Of a DNA stretch of 64,000 nt, positions 41,381-51,664 are shown one piece after another; positions within the stretch are counted from its first letter, which is position 1, and the number at the start of each line of letters is the position of its first letter. Source of the DNA: Camelus ferus (lineage: Eukaryota). The stretch covers positions 58,654,001-58,718,000 of the forward strand of contig NC_045697.1 of assembly GCF_009834535.1 (NCBI RefSeq). Direction: 5' to 3'. The notes beneath the pieces are model-generated. The model was not told the origin of the DNA and made no database searches. It was given only the letters and a program-made list of their open reading frames with translations. The translations under genes and the position numbers were made by a program.

Positions 41381-42984
41381 ATAAGTGCTACCATTTTTTG
41401 ACAGCCCCCCTTCTTTCCTCTTTCTGTTTCTTCTTACCGGTTTTTCACTATTCTATAAATAGTGCCTGCCCTGTCCATAGTTGTAACTACAGAGCACAGC
41501 ACAGTGCTTGGCCTCAGCTACCCAAAGACTTGTGTCCTGAGTAATGAAAGGAAGAAAGGGAGGGAGGAAGCAGAGGGAAAGAGGAAGTTAAGAATCTCTC
41601 AGTCATTGGACTTCTGACTTAAGCCCAGTTTGGCTCCTTGCTTCTGCTTTCTACAGCATGTCTGATTTTGTGCCTGAATTTCACTATTCATCTTGACATT
41701 TTTTAATATTTCTAATTCTACCTTTAAGCTTCCTCTCCACTAACCATTACTACTATTTCTCTCAGTGGGCTTCTCTACAAAATATAAAAGCCTAATTTTG
41801 TTGCTTAAAATGTAAATGTGTCTGTTATACAGCAAAACTATCATAGATATTGAAAAGTTAGTTTTAAAAATTAAAAAAGTTATTATTATTGAATTAAGTG
41901 TTTCTAAATAAAGTGCTTTTTTTATCAAAGGCAAAAGTATCTTCAAAGGCATTTCTTATTTAAAAATTATCATAAGAGTTACTGCATTTATCATTTTAAC
42001 ATTCACAACCTGTGTTTCATTGTATAGCAGTTTTGGGAAATAGTAGAGACTATTGTGCATGTAACAGCGATATAGAAATCTTTTTCAATTTAGCAATTTA
42101 GGATTAAGTGTAAAAGTACAAAACCTGATTATCTTAATAACCATGGTCTATGTGTAAATCTGATTAGGCTTGTGGAATTCATTGTTTTTAGGTATTACCT
42201 GATGGGCAAGTAGGAATGCTTTGGGACTAAGTGATTGTAAATAAATTTCTATACTTTAAGCATAAGATATAATTCTGTCATACAACCCATAAATACCTCT
42301 TTACTTTCATTTGTATCTTTTTTGTAGAATTGTTTTTTCTAACATTAATTTAATCCAAATGTTAAATCTAAAATCCAAATGTTAAGGCTAAATATTTCAG
42401 TCACATGATACTTCAGAGAGAAAGTGCTGGGTAATTTTAATTTGTATCTTCACTGGGGTAAGTGGATGCACAGAGTTTGGCCATGAATTTGTACTATTGA
42501 AAGGTATGAAGAGAAACAGGCAGAATGCTTATTTGGTAAACAAAAAAGGGTATTTCTTCACTTGTTTTCAGAGAAATCTGACAACACGTCTCATCCTCTT
42601 AAAATTATGCAGCATGGTAGATTTTACCTGTCATTTAGGTATCTTAAATTTTTGGTCATTCATCATTATTATCTGAGAATTTGGCTTTCTGACAGAAAAG
42701 TAGTTACTAAGAGGGAAATACCCTTGTGCTTAAATTCATACTTTTGCTTGTCAACTTTATTCTAAGGAATTTGAACACTGCCTAAAATTTTAACAGAGAA
42801 ATAAAGCAAATGTCCGACTTTGCTATATAATGAAGTCAATTCTCACTTATCTGTGCCAATACGGGTAGAAGCAGCATATTCTAAAGTGCAACCCCTTGAT
42901 AACCAGAAATCTCATCTGAATCAGTATCGCCAACCCCGACAAGATGTGCTAATAATGAGCAGCTCAACTATTTCAGTTCCACCT

Positions 42985-43003
42985 GCCTGCCCTCTGGTGG
43001 ATG
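42985..43003 (-). promoter_or_regulatory. Candidate CTCF binding motif
   Basis: Minus strand CCACCAGAGGGCAG (43000 to 42987) closely matches the CTCF core CCASYAGRKGGCRS. Motif only, with no binding evidence. Confidence 0.45.
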
Positions 43004-45635
43004 TGCTAATGAGCAGTGAAGTGGCTACAGAAAGGACAGCTGGTGGAAGTGGGAAGCTTATTCACAAGTAAGTCATCTTTTGACTGTGAGCTACAAGTAG
43101 AAATAATTTTGATTACTGTTCTAATAATTGTAAATTTATCTGGGACATCACTCTGTAACAAAAATGAATAAATCAGTAGCAGTGAACCTTTTTATCCCTT
43201 GCAGTTTGTTTACTTTGTAAGGAAGGACACCTAGAGATGTTGGATGAATGGCTAACACTGGGCTCACTGTAAAACGCCAGGTTCAGCTTTGTCTTGTACA
43301 GGACTGTGATTTTGATATTCAAACCCTGAAAAACAGAAGGTGCCATTCTGGAAAGGTTTAGCCTTCAATTATGAAGAAGAAAAACACAAGAAATATAAAA
43401 ACAAACATCAGAGAATTCAGCTGATGTTAAGTGGCAATGGAATAGCTACTGCAGATTTTCCAAGTTTTGGCTGTGCCCTCTGAAAAATCACCAGCAACAG
43501 TGCCCCTTCAGGCAGCAGCTGTCACTACAGGCAATGAAGAAGCACTAGAGAGAAAAAGAGGGGGGCGCCTCTGCAGACAGGCAGAGCTGATGCACAAAAA
43601 TACAGACCTAGATGAAATTTGCAACAAGTAGCTATTTTTTCTTTTTGTAAAGTTCACTCAGCTACTAAGATAGAAGTAAATTAAGCTTTAGAGATAATGT
43701 GGCATCTCAAGTGGAACTGTGAAGCAATCATAACCCAAAGGCTGAGGACAAGTTTGATTTAAGATCCCACTACTTTCAGGATTTATTTTGTGACTAGGGT
43801 GCACCATACTTAACTAAAACGTTCAGGAAGCGAATTCGGCTACCTATTAAACACGTGACAGTTTCAAAATGTTCAAGATTCTCTGCCCAGCACTCACATT
43901 ACTCAGCTGTCAAAGTAAAGGGCTCAGATATATGATGTGAAAATTACACTTTAACAAGGTGTCATGTGTGTTTAAAGTTCTTATTCATCACTACATAGCC
44001 ACAGCTTTTACTGGAGCCACAAATGCATTTAATTAGCATATTATAAGGACAGAAGGTTCACCTTATCTGCCTTATTAAACTGTTATGTGTAGGCTTTTCA
44101 TTGTTGTTTTAGATTCTACTATCTTCAGCATTTATAAGAATGATTGCATTTACATAATCTCAAATGGCTTTCAAGAAAATGTGGATTGTGTTTGGGAAGC
44201 AGAAGAGCAGGCAGCAGACGGTAGCTCTGTGTTCTCATAATCTGTTGTTCATACTGATTGCTTGATGTGTTTCTCTAAGTCTCAACCAATAGATTTTTAG
44301 GCCTGTTAAGACATATTAATTTAAGGAAATTTTTGGAGCTGGGCTTCTCTGTATATTCTTATTATCAACCTGACCCTACTTCTTCCTTCAGTAGAAAATA
44401 GTGGAAAATATCTGTATATTTGAAAATGAAAGTTTACATTGTTCAGTGGACAGTTTAGAAACAAAATGGAAGTGAAAGAAAATACCTCATATCTCCTATC
44501 TATTAATGAATAATGAACTCAGCACAGGTGGTTTGTGAGAGAGGACTCCACAGTGAAAGTCAGTCAATACCAGTCACTAAAGGCAAGTGAAGGAACTATT
44601 TGATTCCCCTACACCAGATGTATCAGGATAGCAGGTAGAATTTTAGAATTATGATTCCAACATAAGAATCACTCAAATAATCTGTAAAAGAGCTAATTGG
44701 AGGTTTTTAATGTATATTTTACAACAGATAGTCAACTGAAGATAATGAAGAATGTGTCCATAGTTTATATCATATTTTATAAGATAAGAGAAAGGCTCAG
44801 TTAAAAGTACATTTGAAGAAAATTCTAGATTTGATAGGTTTCTGCTCAGGAAAAAAAAAAAAAAAACAGAGGAAGCATGTTCACGTTTACTTTGACCTCA
44901 GATGGTATTGCTTACAAGCATTTTTGATACAGGTATCCAAAACGGAATCTAAACTGCAGTAAGACCAAGCCAAAGTACTAGCTTTCTAACTGAGCATTCA
45001 TGCATGAAAATTGATACTTTTTCTTGAGATTATATCTACAAATTTAATACAGGTGAAATCTCTCTCTTTGCAAAACAGAAAGGTTCTTCATTTTCAATTA
45101 AAAAGAGTAAAAGCTGAATGTCCTGGCTTATGTTTGGAATTTGTTTCCTAAAGCTGAACTTTATTATTTCTCAGTGTTTGCCACTTTAATAACATCCTTT
45201 TAACAAATATGGGCACTAGGACAAGTGGGCAAGATGGCTCATATTTTAACTCCCATAAACAAATAAACAAAATTAAATGAATGGTATAATTTCCCTATGT
45301 TCACAATTACAATGAGTATCATATATATGTTACACACATATACTTTTATTAATGTATGTTAGAAATATTTTTTGGCAAGTCTCTAAACACATATGGCTAT
45401 TGTATCATCTTTTTCTTTAAGGAAAATTTAGAAAAACTAAGCTAAGAATTTGCTTTGCCCATCAAATCAAAACCTGGAATGCTAATGGATTTTAACCTAT
45501 CTGTTGTCCTAAATAAAAATAATGCATGATCTTTCCAATAAAAAAATTAAAATGCTACTGCTCCTTATTTACTAACATCAAAAGGTATTAGTTATTATGT
45601 ATTATTTCTTTGGAGGCAATTAGAATTTACTCCGG

Positions 45636-47146
45636 ATCCACAAATGACCCCAAATTGCCAAAGCAATCCTGAAGAAAAAGAACAAAGCTGAAAGCATAAC
45701 CCTCCCAGACGTTAGGCAAAGCTATTATAATCTAAGCAGCATGGTATTGGCACAAAACCAGACATATAGATCAATGGGACAGAACAGAAAGCCCAGAAAG
45801 AAACCCACACATTTATGGTCAATTAATCTTCAACAATGGAGGCAAGAATATACAATGGAGAAAGGATAGTCTCTTCAACAAGTGGTGTTGGGAAAGCTGG
45901 ATAGCCACATATAAATCAGTAAAGTTAGAACACTCCCTCACACTATACACAAAAATAAACTCAAAATGGCTTAGAGACTTAAATATAAGAAATGACACCA
46001 TAAAACTTGAAGAGAACATAGGCAAAATATTCTCTGACATAAATCGTAGCAATGTTTTCCTAGGGCACTCTATCAAGGCAATAGAAATAAAAGCAAAAAA
46101 ATAAATGGGACCTAATCAAAATTAAAAGCTTTTGCACAACAAAGGAAACCATAAACAAATGAAAATACAACCTACAGACTGGCAGAATAATATTGTATAT
46201 GATGCAATCCACAAGAGCTTAATTTCCCAAATATACAAACAGTTCATACAGCTCAATACCAAAACAAACAAACAAACAAAACCCAAATGCTTAACATCAT
46301 TAATTATTAAAGAAATGCAAATCAAAACTACAATGTGGTATCACTTCACACCAGTCAGAATGGCCATCGTGAAAAAGTCTACAAATAAATGCTAAAAAAA
46401 GTGTGGAAAAAAGGAAACCCTCTTCCTCCTACACTGTTGGTGGAAATGTAAACTGGTATAGCCACTATGGAAAATAGTACAAAGTGTCCTTAAAAAACTA
46501 AAAATAGACTTACCATATAATCCAGCAATCCCACTCCTGGGCATATATTCAGAAAAGACAGAAAATGTAATTCAAAAAGATACACGCACCCCAATAGCAG
46601 CACTATTTACACTAGCCAAGATATGGAAGCAACCTAAATGTCCATCAGCAGATTACTGGGTAAAAAATGTGGTATGCTGATACAAGGGACTATTACTTAA
46701 CCATAAAAAAGAATGAATTATTGCCATTTGCAGTAAGCAACATGGATGGACCTAAGAATTAGCATATTGGGTGGAGCAAGCTAGACAGAGAAGACAAGTA
46801 TTATGTAATATCCCTTATATGTGGAATCTAAAATTATAATACAAATGAACTTATTTACAAAACAGAAAGACTCACAGACATAGAAAATAAACTTACGGTT
46901 TCCAAAGGGGAAAAAGTTGGGGGGAAGAGATAAGTTTAGGAGTATGGTAACAGATACACACTACTCTGCATAAAACAAATAAACAACAAGGATTTACTGT
47001 ATAGCACAGGAAACTATATTCAGTGTCTTGTAATAACCTATAACGGAAAAGAGAAAAAATATATATAATTGAATCATCTTGCTGTATACCTGAAACTAAC
47101 ACATATTGTAAATCAACCATACTTTAAAAAAAAAAAAGGAAAGCAA
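45636..47146 (+). mobile_element. 5'-truncated LINE-1 (cetartiodactyl-type): ORF2 3' part, 3'UTR and polyA tail, with TSD
   Basis: Decayed ORF2 C-terminus (…IIKEMQIKTTMWYHFTPVRMAIVKKSTNKC), 3'UTR aatacaaatgaacttatttacaaaacagaaagactcacagacatagaaaa...actgtatagcacaggaaactata, and an A-tail at 47126-47137. TSD agaatttactccgg (45622-45635) versus agaaattactccag (47147-47160), 12/14. Confidence 0.93.
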
Positions 47147-47578
47147 AGAAATTACTCCAGTTCCAACTGAAAGTCAAAAAAGGCTAAGAACTACTCACCA
47201 ATAGAATTTTCACTACCAAAATATGAATTTTGGTTTAACAATATCACAGATCTGAAAGAACTGTGTTCCCCAAATACTCCAGATGATTTACTCTTGCTTA
47301 GAGTTTTAACTGAAGGGTGTACTGGATTGAGAAACCTTACCTGTACAGAGGTGAGCCAGATACTGCACTTGGTCTAGGAGATTTTTGAAGGCTTATTAAG
47401 GAGAAGTTGTTTTTGCTGCTGTTGCATATTTAGGCTTCTCCTTCCACAAAAGCAATTCAACATAATATCAGCATTGCTGGCCATGAAAATAATTGCTGTG
47501 ACTTTGACAAAAGCCTCTCAGGGATTAGAAAAAAAATGCCACCCAATTTGACATTCTATCACAGTGAAAAGTGGAAAA

Positions 47579-47720
47579 GCATTCATTCATTCATTCATCC
47601 ATCCATTCATTCATTCAACAGAGTTATTGAGCCTTTATTTTCTATATGCCATATATTACACTAGTGTTTAAGAAGGCAGAAATAACAATCAGATGAAAAA
47701 TAACAAAAAGATGGGTAAGG
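47579..47720 (-). mobile_element. LINE-2 3' tail with (TTCA)n repeat
   Basis: attcattcattcattcatccatccattcattcattcaacagagttattgagcc. Confidence 0.7.
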
Positions 47721-48720
47721 CAAGATTATTAGCTACATTGCACTTAGAATCTAGTTGTATAAGAAGATATGTATATAGTGAAATATGTTGGTAAGCAGAA
47801 CGGCATGCTAGTAAAAATACAGTAAAAGTAATGCCAAAAACAAGAAGTATTAACTTCAAGGAAAAAAGTCAACTTTGAATTCCTATGTTACTATCAAAAT
47901 TAAGACACTTGTATCTTACTTTTCCATTATACTTTTTCATGAGGAACAATATTACTGCTACTTAAAATAATTTAACTTCTAAACTAAGATAATTCTGCTC
48001 AATTGTGTAAATAAAATTGTAAAAGATAAAGCAATTTGACTGTCTTTAAACAACATTAAAAGCAAACAGTATGTCCTAGAGAGGAAAAATAAACTTTTAA
48101 AGAATGGGAATTAAAACATCTCGAATGTATTTAAAGCTGTATTTTTCATTGCTGTTTCTTATAAAATTGAGCTCTATTTTTTCTCTTTATCAGTTATGAA
48201 CATTTTATGTATACATCTATTAGATACACTCAGACATATGTACACTCAAGCTGACAATATTTGCAGTAGAGGTGGTCATACATGATGCTCTCTGTGAGTG
48301 GAATATGTTGGTGTAGGGTTCCTGAAGCATTATATCAAGCCAACCATTTGACATTTTCAAGTCAAGAGCATGTCTCAGGGCATGCCACAATTAATTAGAT
48401 GGGATGGCATTCTATTTTTGCAAAGGTTTTGTTTACTTCACTACACAACGAACTAACCAGTTGATAATGAAAATGCCCTTCAAAAAAGGGCTGACGATTA
48501 CAGACTAGCTGCACAGGGGAGAAAGAGTCAGTTTCTTATGCCTATACATTTTTACAGTTGAAAGTAATCAACAGTAGTATTTGTGCAGATGAAAAGACAA
48601 TGCATAATTTTTGATATGGAGACCAGAAGAAAGATCACAAAAGGATGTCTAATCGAAATATCCAGTAAGCTTACTGAGAACAAACTGATTTCCCCTGAAA
48701 GTACATCAAGTCAAACTTAC

Positions 48721-49521
48721 CTGATCTACCATCCAGAGGTCCAAAATCCAAAGAATATTTCACGACGTGATAGTTATTCCATACGTAAAGAAGGTTGTCC
48801 CTGGGGTTGTAATCCACAGCTGCTATGTACTGGTATGAATTGGGAAAGGGTACATCCACCAAACTATCCTTACTTTGGTCGGTGTTGTATATGTAGTCAA
48901 TCTTATTTCCCGTAGCCTCATTGTCATCATCCTCATATACAGATTTGACCACATACAGAATTCCACAAATCATAAATGCGTTGGAAGCTGACCTTTTATC
49001 ATATGCAGTATCCCATGTCCCTTCAATCCGTAGGGTGTAAGGGTTCAATTGACTAATGACAATTTTACCATTGTTTTGTTCTGTTGCATAGATTACCCAT
49101 AGCCCATTCTCATCCACTGCCAGGTCTATGTCAGATTTGCCTCCCCAACGGTAAGGGGAGGTATCATGGTAATTGGCATTTGCTATGATAGCCTCTCCAC
49201 TCTTTATCCTAGTCCGTAAATCAAACTTTACTATGTTCCTGGTGCGCTCTTTATTGAAGAACAGAGCTCCATCATACACTACAAATCCTGTGCCATCCAC
49301 CCTGTGAGGGAGCTTGTAGGTTGTAGTTGGCCTTCCAGCAATGAAGTCATCCTTGGATGAGTATTCAGTCAGGGTATCAGTTCTGTAGGGGGTCCAGGGC
49401 ATATAATAAATCTTGTCAGAAGCCTGAAGAGGGTCTTTGCACCATGCCCCAGATTGGTGGTCGGACTCAAACAAATGTTCACTCTGGTATACTCCTTTTA
49501 GTAGTCCAGGGCAAAGAAAAA
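48721..49521 (-). CDS. ADGRL3: ADGRL3 (latrophilin-3) internal exon encoding the olfactomedin domain, 801 nt, phase 1-1
   Basis: Acceptor ctctttcccttctgacag|TTTTTCTTTGC (AG at 49523-49522) and donor AGATCAG|gtaagt (GT at 48720-48719). Translates (V)[48 protein letters not shown]...[30 protein letters not shown](G), the latrophilin OLF domain. The [15 protein letters not shown] and [19 protein letters not shown] segments match ADGRL3 as I recall it rather than ADGRL1/2. Confidence 0.97.
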
Positions 49522-51649
49522 CTGTCAGAAGGGAAAGAGTTAAAATAATAAATATATTAATATTTTGTCATATATTCTTATTTTTCACCAACTAGAATGT
49601 AAATCTAACAAGGAATATCCACAACCACTTAATTATTTTCCTTCATTCTTCTGAGAACAGTCTTCCACATTGACATTTGTTCAGAATCATTTTGATCTCA
49701 TTTGCTGAAAAAATCCGATCTTTTTATGAGTAGCTGTGCTTTCTTTCGATTTTTTACCTTTGCAAATGTGTTACAATGTTTTTGGATATACTATGTATAT
49801 AGATGTGACATGTCTATGCATTCTACAGACATATAACAAATATAAATTTTTATATGTGATGGTTTTATATACCTTATTTGGAAATTTAAAAAATACTGTT
49901 TTCACTCTGGTGCTATTAACTGTTCTACACTTACTAAGAAACAAATGAAAATCTAATACAAATTCAAATATATAATAAGGGAAAAGAAAAAGCCCTGTAA
50001 ATCAGGCCACTGAATCTTCTAGGAAAAAAAAAAAGCTCTTAAAGCTGCTATAGCACACACAGAGCATGCAACCCACACAATTAAAAATGAGTGATGGATG
50101 GATACTGGAAGGAAAAAGAGAAAGGAAGAAAAGGAAAGGAAAGAAGGAATAAGGAAAGAAGAAAAGGTGAAAGGTTACAGAGAAGAACCCAAGATCTAGA
50201 TTTTAATCAGTTAAAAATGTCCTGTTAAATACAGTAGTATTGGAACTTAAAAACATGTACCTTTTACTGTTACATGAGAAGAACATTAAAAAACAAGATT
50301 ACTTGCTACAATATTTTGCTGCTCATACTTCAGGCTGAAAATGGGTAGGAATTATCTGATTCACTCGAGTTTTAGTATGATTCAGTAGCACATCATGGGA
50401 GTGGTGGTAAGAAAGCTTGGCTGATTCATCTGTAATGAAGGGGCTATAAAGCAATGTTTCCCACAGGGAGGTTCTTGAAGCACCTGTTGTAAGTGGTATA
50501 GCTATGTGTCACACAGAAAAAAACAGAGATCCCTAGCCATATGTGTTTAAGAAATATCATATTACACATAATTGTGGCAGAGATTCAAATATCTTAGGTG
50601 CATTAGTGATCTCCAAGGCAGAAGTGGAAGAGTGAGCAAATTACACAAATGAATTTGATCCTGGAACCCTTTCTACAGAGCCTGTCTGCAGTGTAGTGTT
50701 CTGCTGAACCTGCTATGGGAAACACTGCTCTAATTTTTTTGCAGAGCACACACACTGAAAGATAATCATGCAGTCCACCGTTATGTTTTAAATTATTAGA
50801 AGTGTACTGGGAGGAGAAATTAGGAAATCACAAGAAATGTGGATGTTGACCCGTACTTTAATGATTATATTATTATTCTCTTGATATTAGTGCTTAACTC
50901 TTTAACAGCAATTATAAGCCTACATCCAGTGGAAAACAATCTAAGATAAAACTCAGCTAGGATTTTCAGGTTATTAAAAAGGAAAATATATTGTGAAAAT
51001 GCCCCAAGTTTTACTTTAGGAAAATGAAAAGTTTAGGGGAAAACCTGACTATCAAAATCTTCCATAGCAAGGATAGAGGGCCATCATCAATTTTTACTCA
51101 ATAATAAAATTGATTATTAGAATAATTTCTCAGGATTCGAATATAATGTCTATAATTATAAAGAATGGGTAAGTATTATCATCAAAACAGTATATAAACG
51201 TTTTGTTGGTTAATAATCACCCTTTGGTTACTAAAGCAATTTATTTTAAGGTATTTCAGAAAACCATTTCCCCTTTCCCCCCAATAGTTAAAAATTAAAG
51301 GAACAGGGGAACCACACCAAAACAATGGAAAACTATCGAGTATGGAAATAAAAACAAATCTAAAGCAGTCACTATCCATCACCATCTACTGGATTTCTAA
51401 CTACTTAAAAATAAAGACGAATAAAATGCACGGTTGAAAATTTTACACTATTAAACTGTTTTAGGATTAAAAAATTCAAACCAGCACTGGTCAGTACAAC
51501 AGATTAAAGTGAAGTTGAGCAGCAGAAGTAGTAAATAAATTTTCATAAAATAGATATGAATTAATAACAAAATTATTTTAACTAAATGTTAAACTGTTAA
51601 GTAACTTAGCCTATAAATAGTATATAATTTATGAAAGGTATTTAATTAC
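49522..51649 (-). other. ADGRL3: ADGRL3 intron (2,128 nt) between the KVEQK microexon and the olfactomedin exon
   Basis: gtaatt... at 51649 to ...tgacag at 49522. Confidence 0.92.
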
Positions 51650-51664
51650 CTTTTTGTTCCACTT
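51650..51664 (-). CDS. ADGRL3: ADGRL3 15-nt microexon (KVEQK, lectin-olfactomedin linker insert, 'splice site A')
   Basis: Minus strand: long pyrimidine tract ttctcttttctcctttctctctttacttctctctctccaatag|AAGTGGAACAAAAAG|gtaatt. In phase 1 it reads K-V-E-Q-K and joins in frame to (V)FLCPG of the next exon. Not in the ORF track. Confidence 0.95.

Larger units (their letters stand above)
2470..48720 (-). other. ADGRL3: ADGRL3 intron (46,251 nt) between the olfactomedin exon and the 81-nt exon
   Basis: GT at 48720-48719 and AG at 2471-2470. The flanking exons join in frame to give ...RSGQAHH..., and no intervening recognisable exon was found. Confidence 0.88.

Noticed and set aside
45819..47120. 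ORFs within the L1
   Set aside because: Frameshifted ORF2 remnants and their antisense frames, not functional genes.
47335..47540. Strong minus-strand donor CAG|gtaagg at 47341/47340 as a possible extra exon
   Set aside because: No convincing upstream acceptor or recognisable peptide. Similar isolated donors (about 21200 and 25175) are expected by chance in a 46-kb intron.
48671..48720. C-terminal extension [16 protein letters not shown] of the 267-aa ORF as a secreted lectin-OLF isoform, and the ORF's 'M' start at 49474
   Set aside because: The extension is read-through past a consensus AG|gtaagt donor, and I saw no nearby polyA signal. The start is an internal TTG (Leu) codon, and the real exon begins at the 49521 acceptor.
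2470..48720. Possible location of the reported ADHD-associated conserved ADGRL3 enhancer
   Set aside because: It cannot be placed from sequence alone and I have no basis to map it to this intron.
48583..48915. 110-aa plus-strand ORF overlapping the OLF exon (also 49357-49548)
   Set aside because: Antisense shadow of a coding exon with no recognisable protein.
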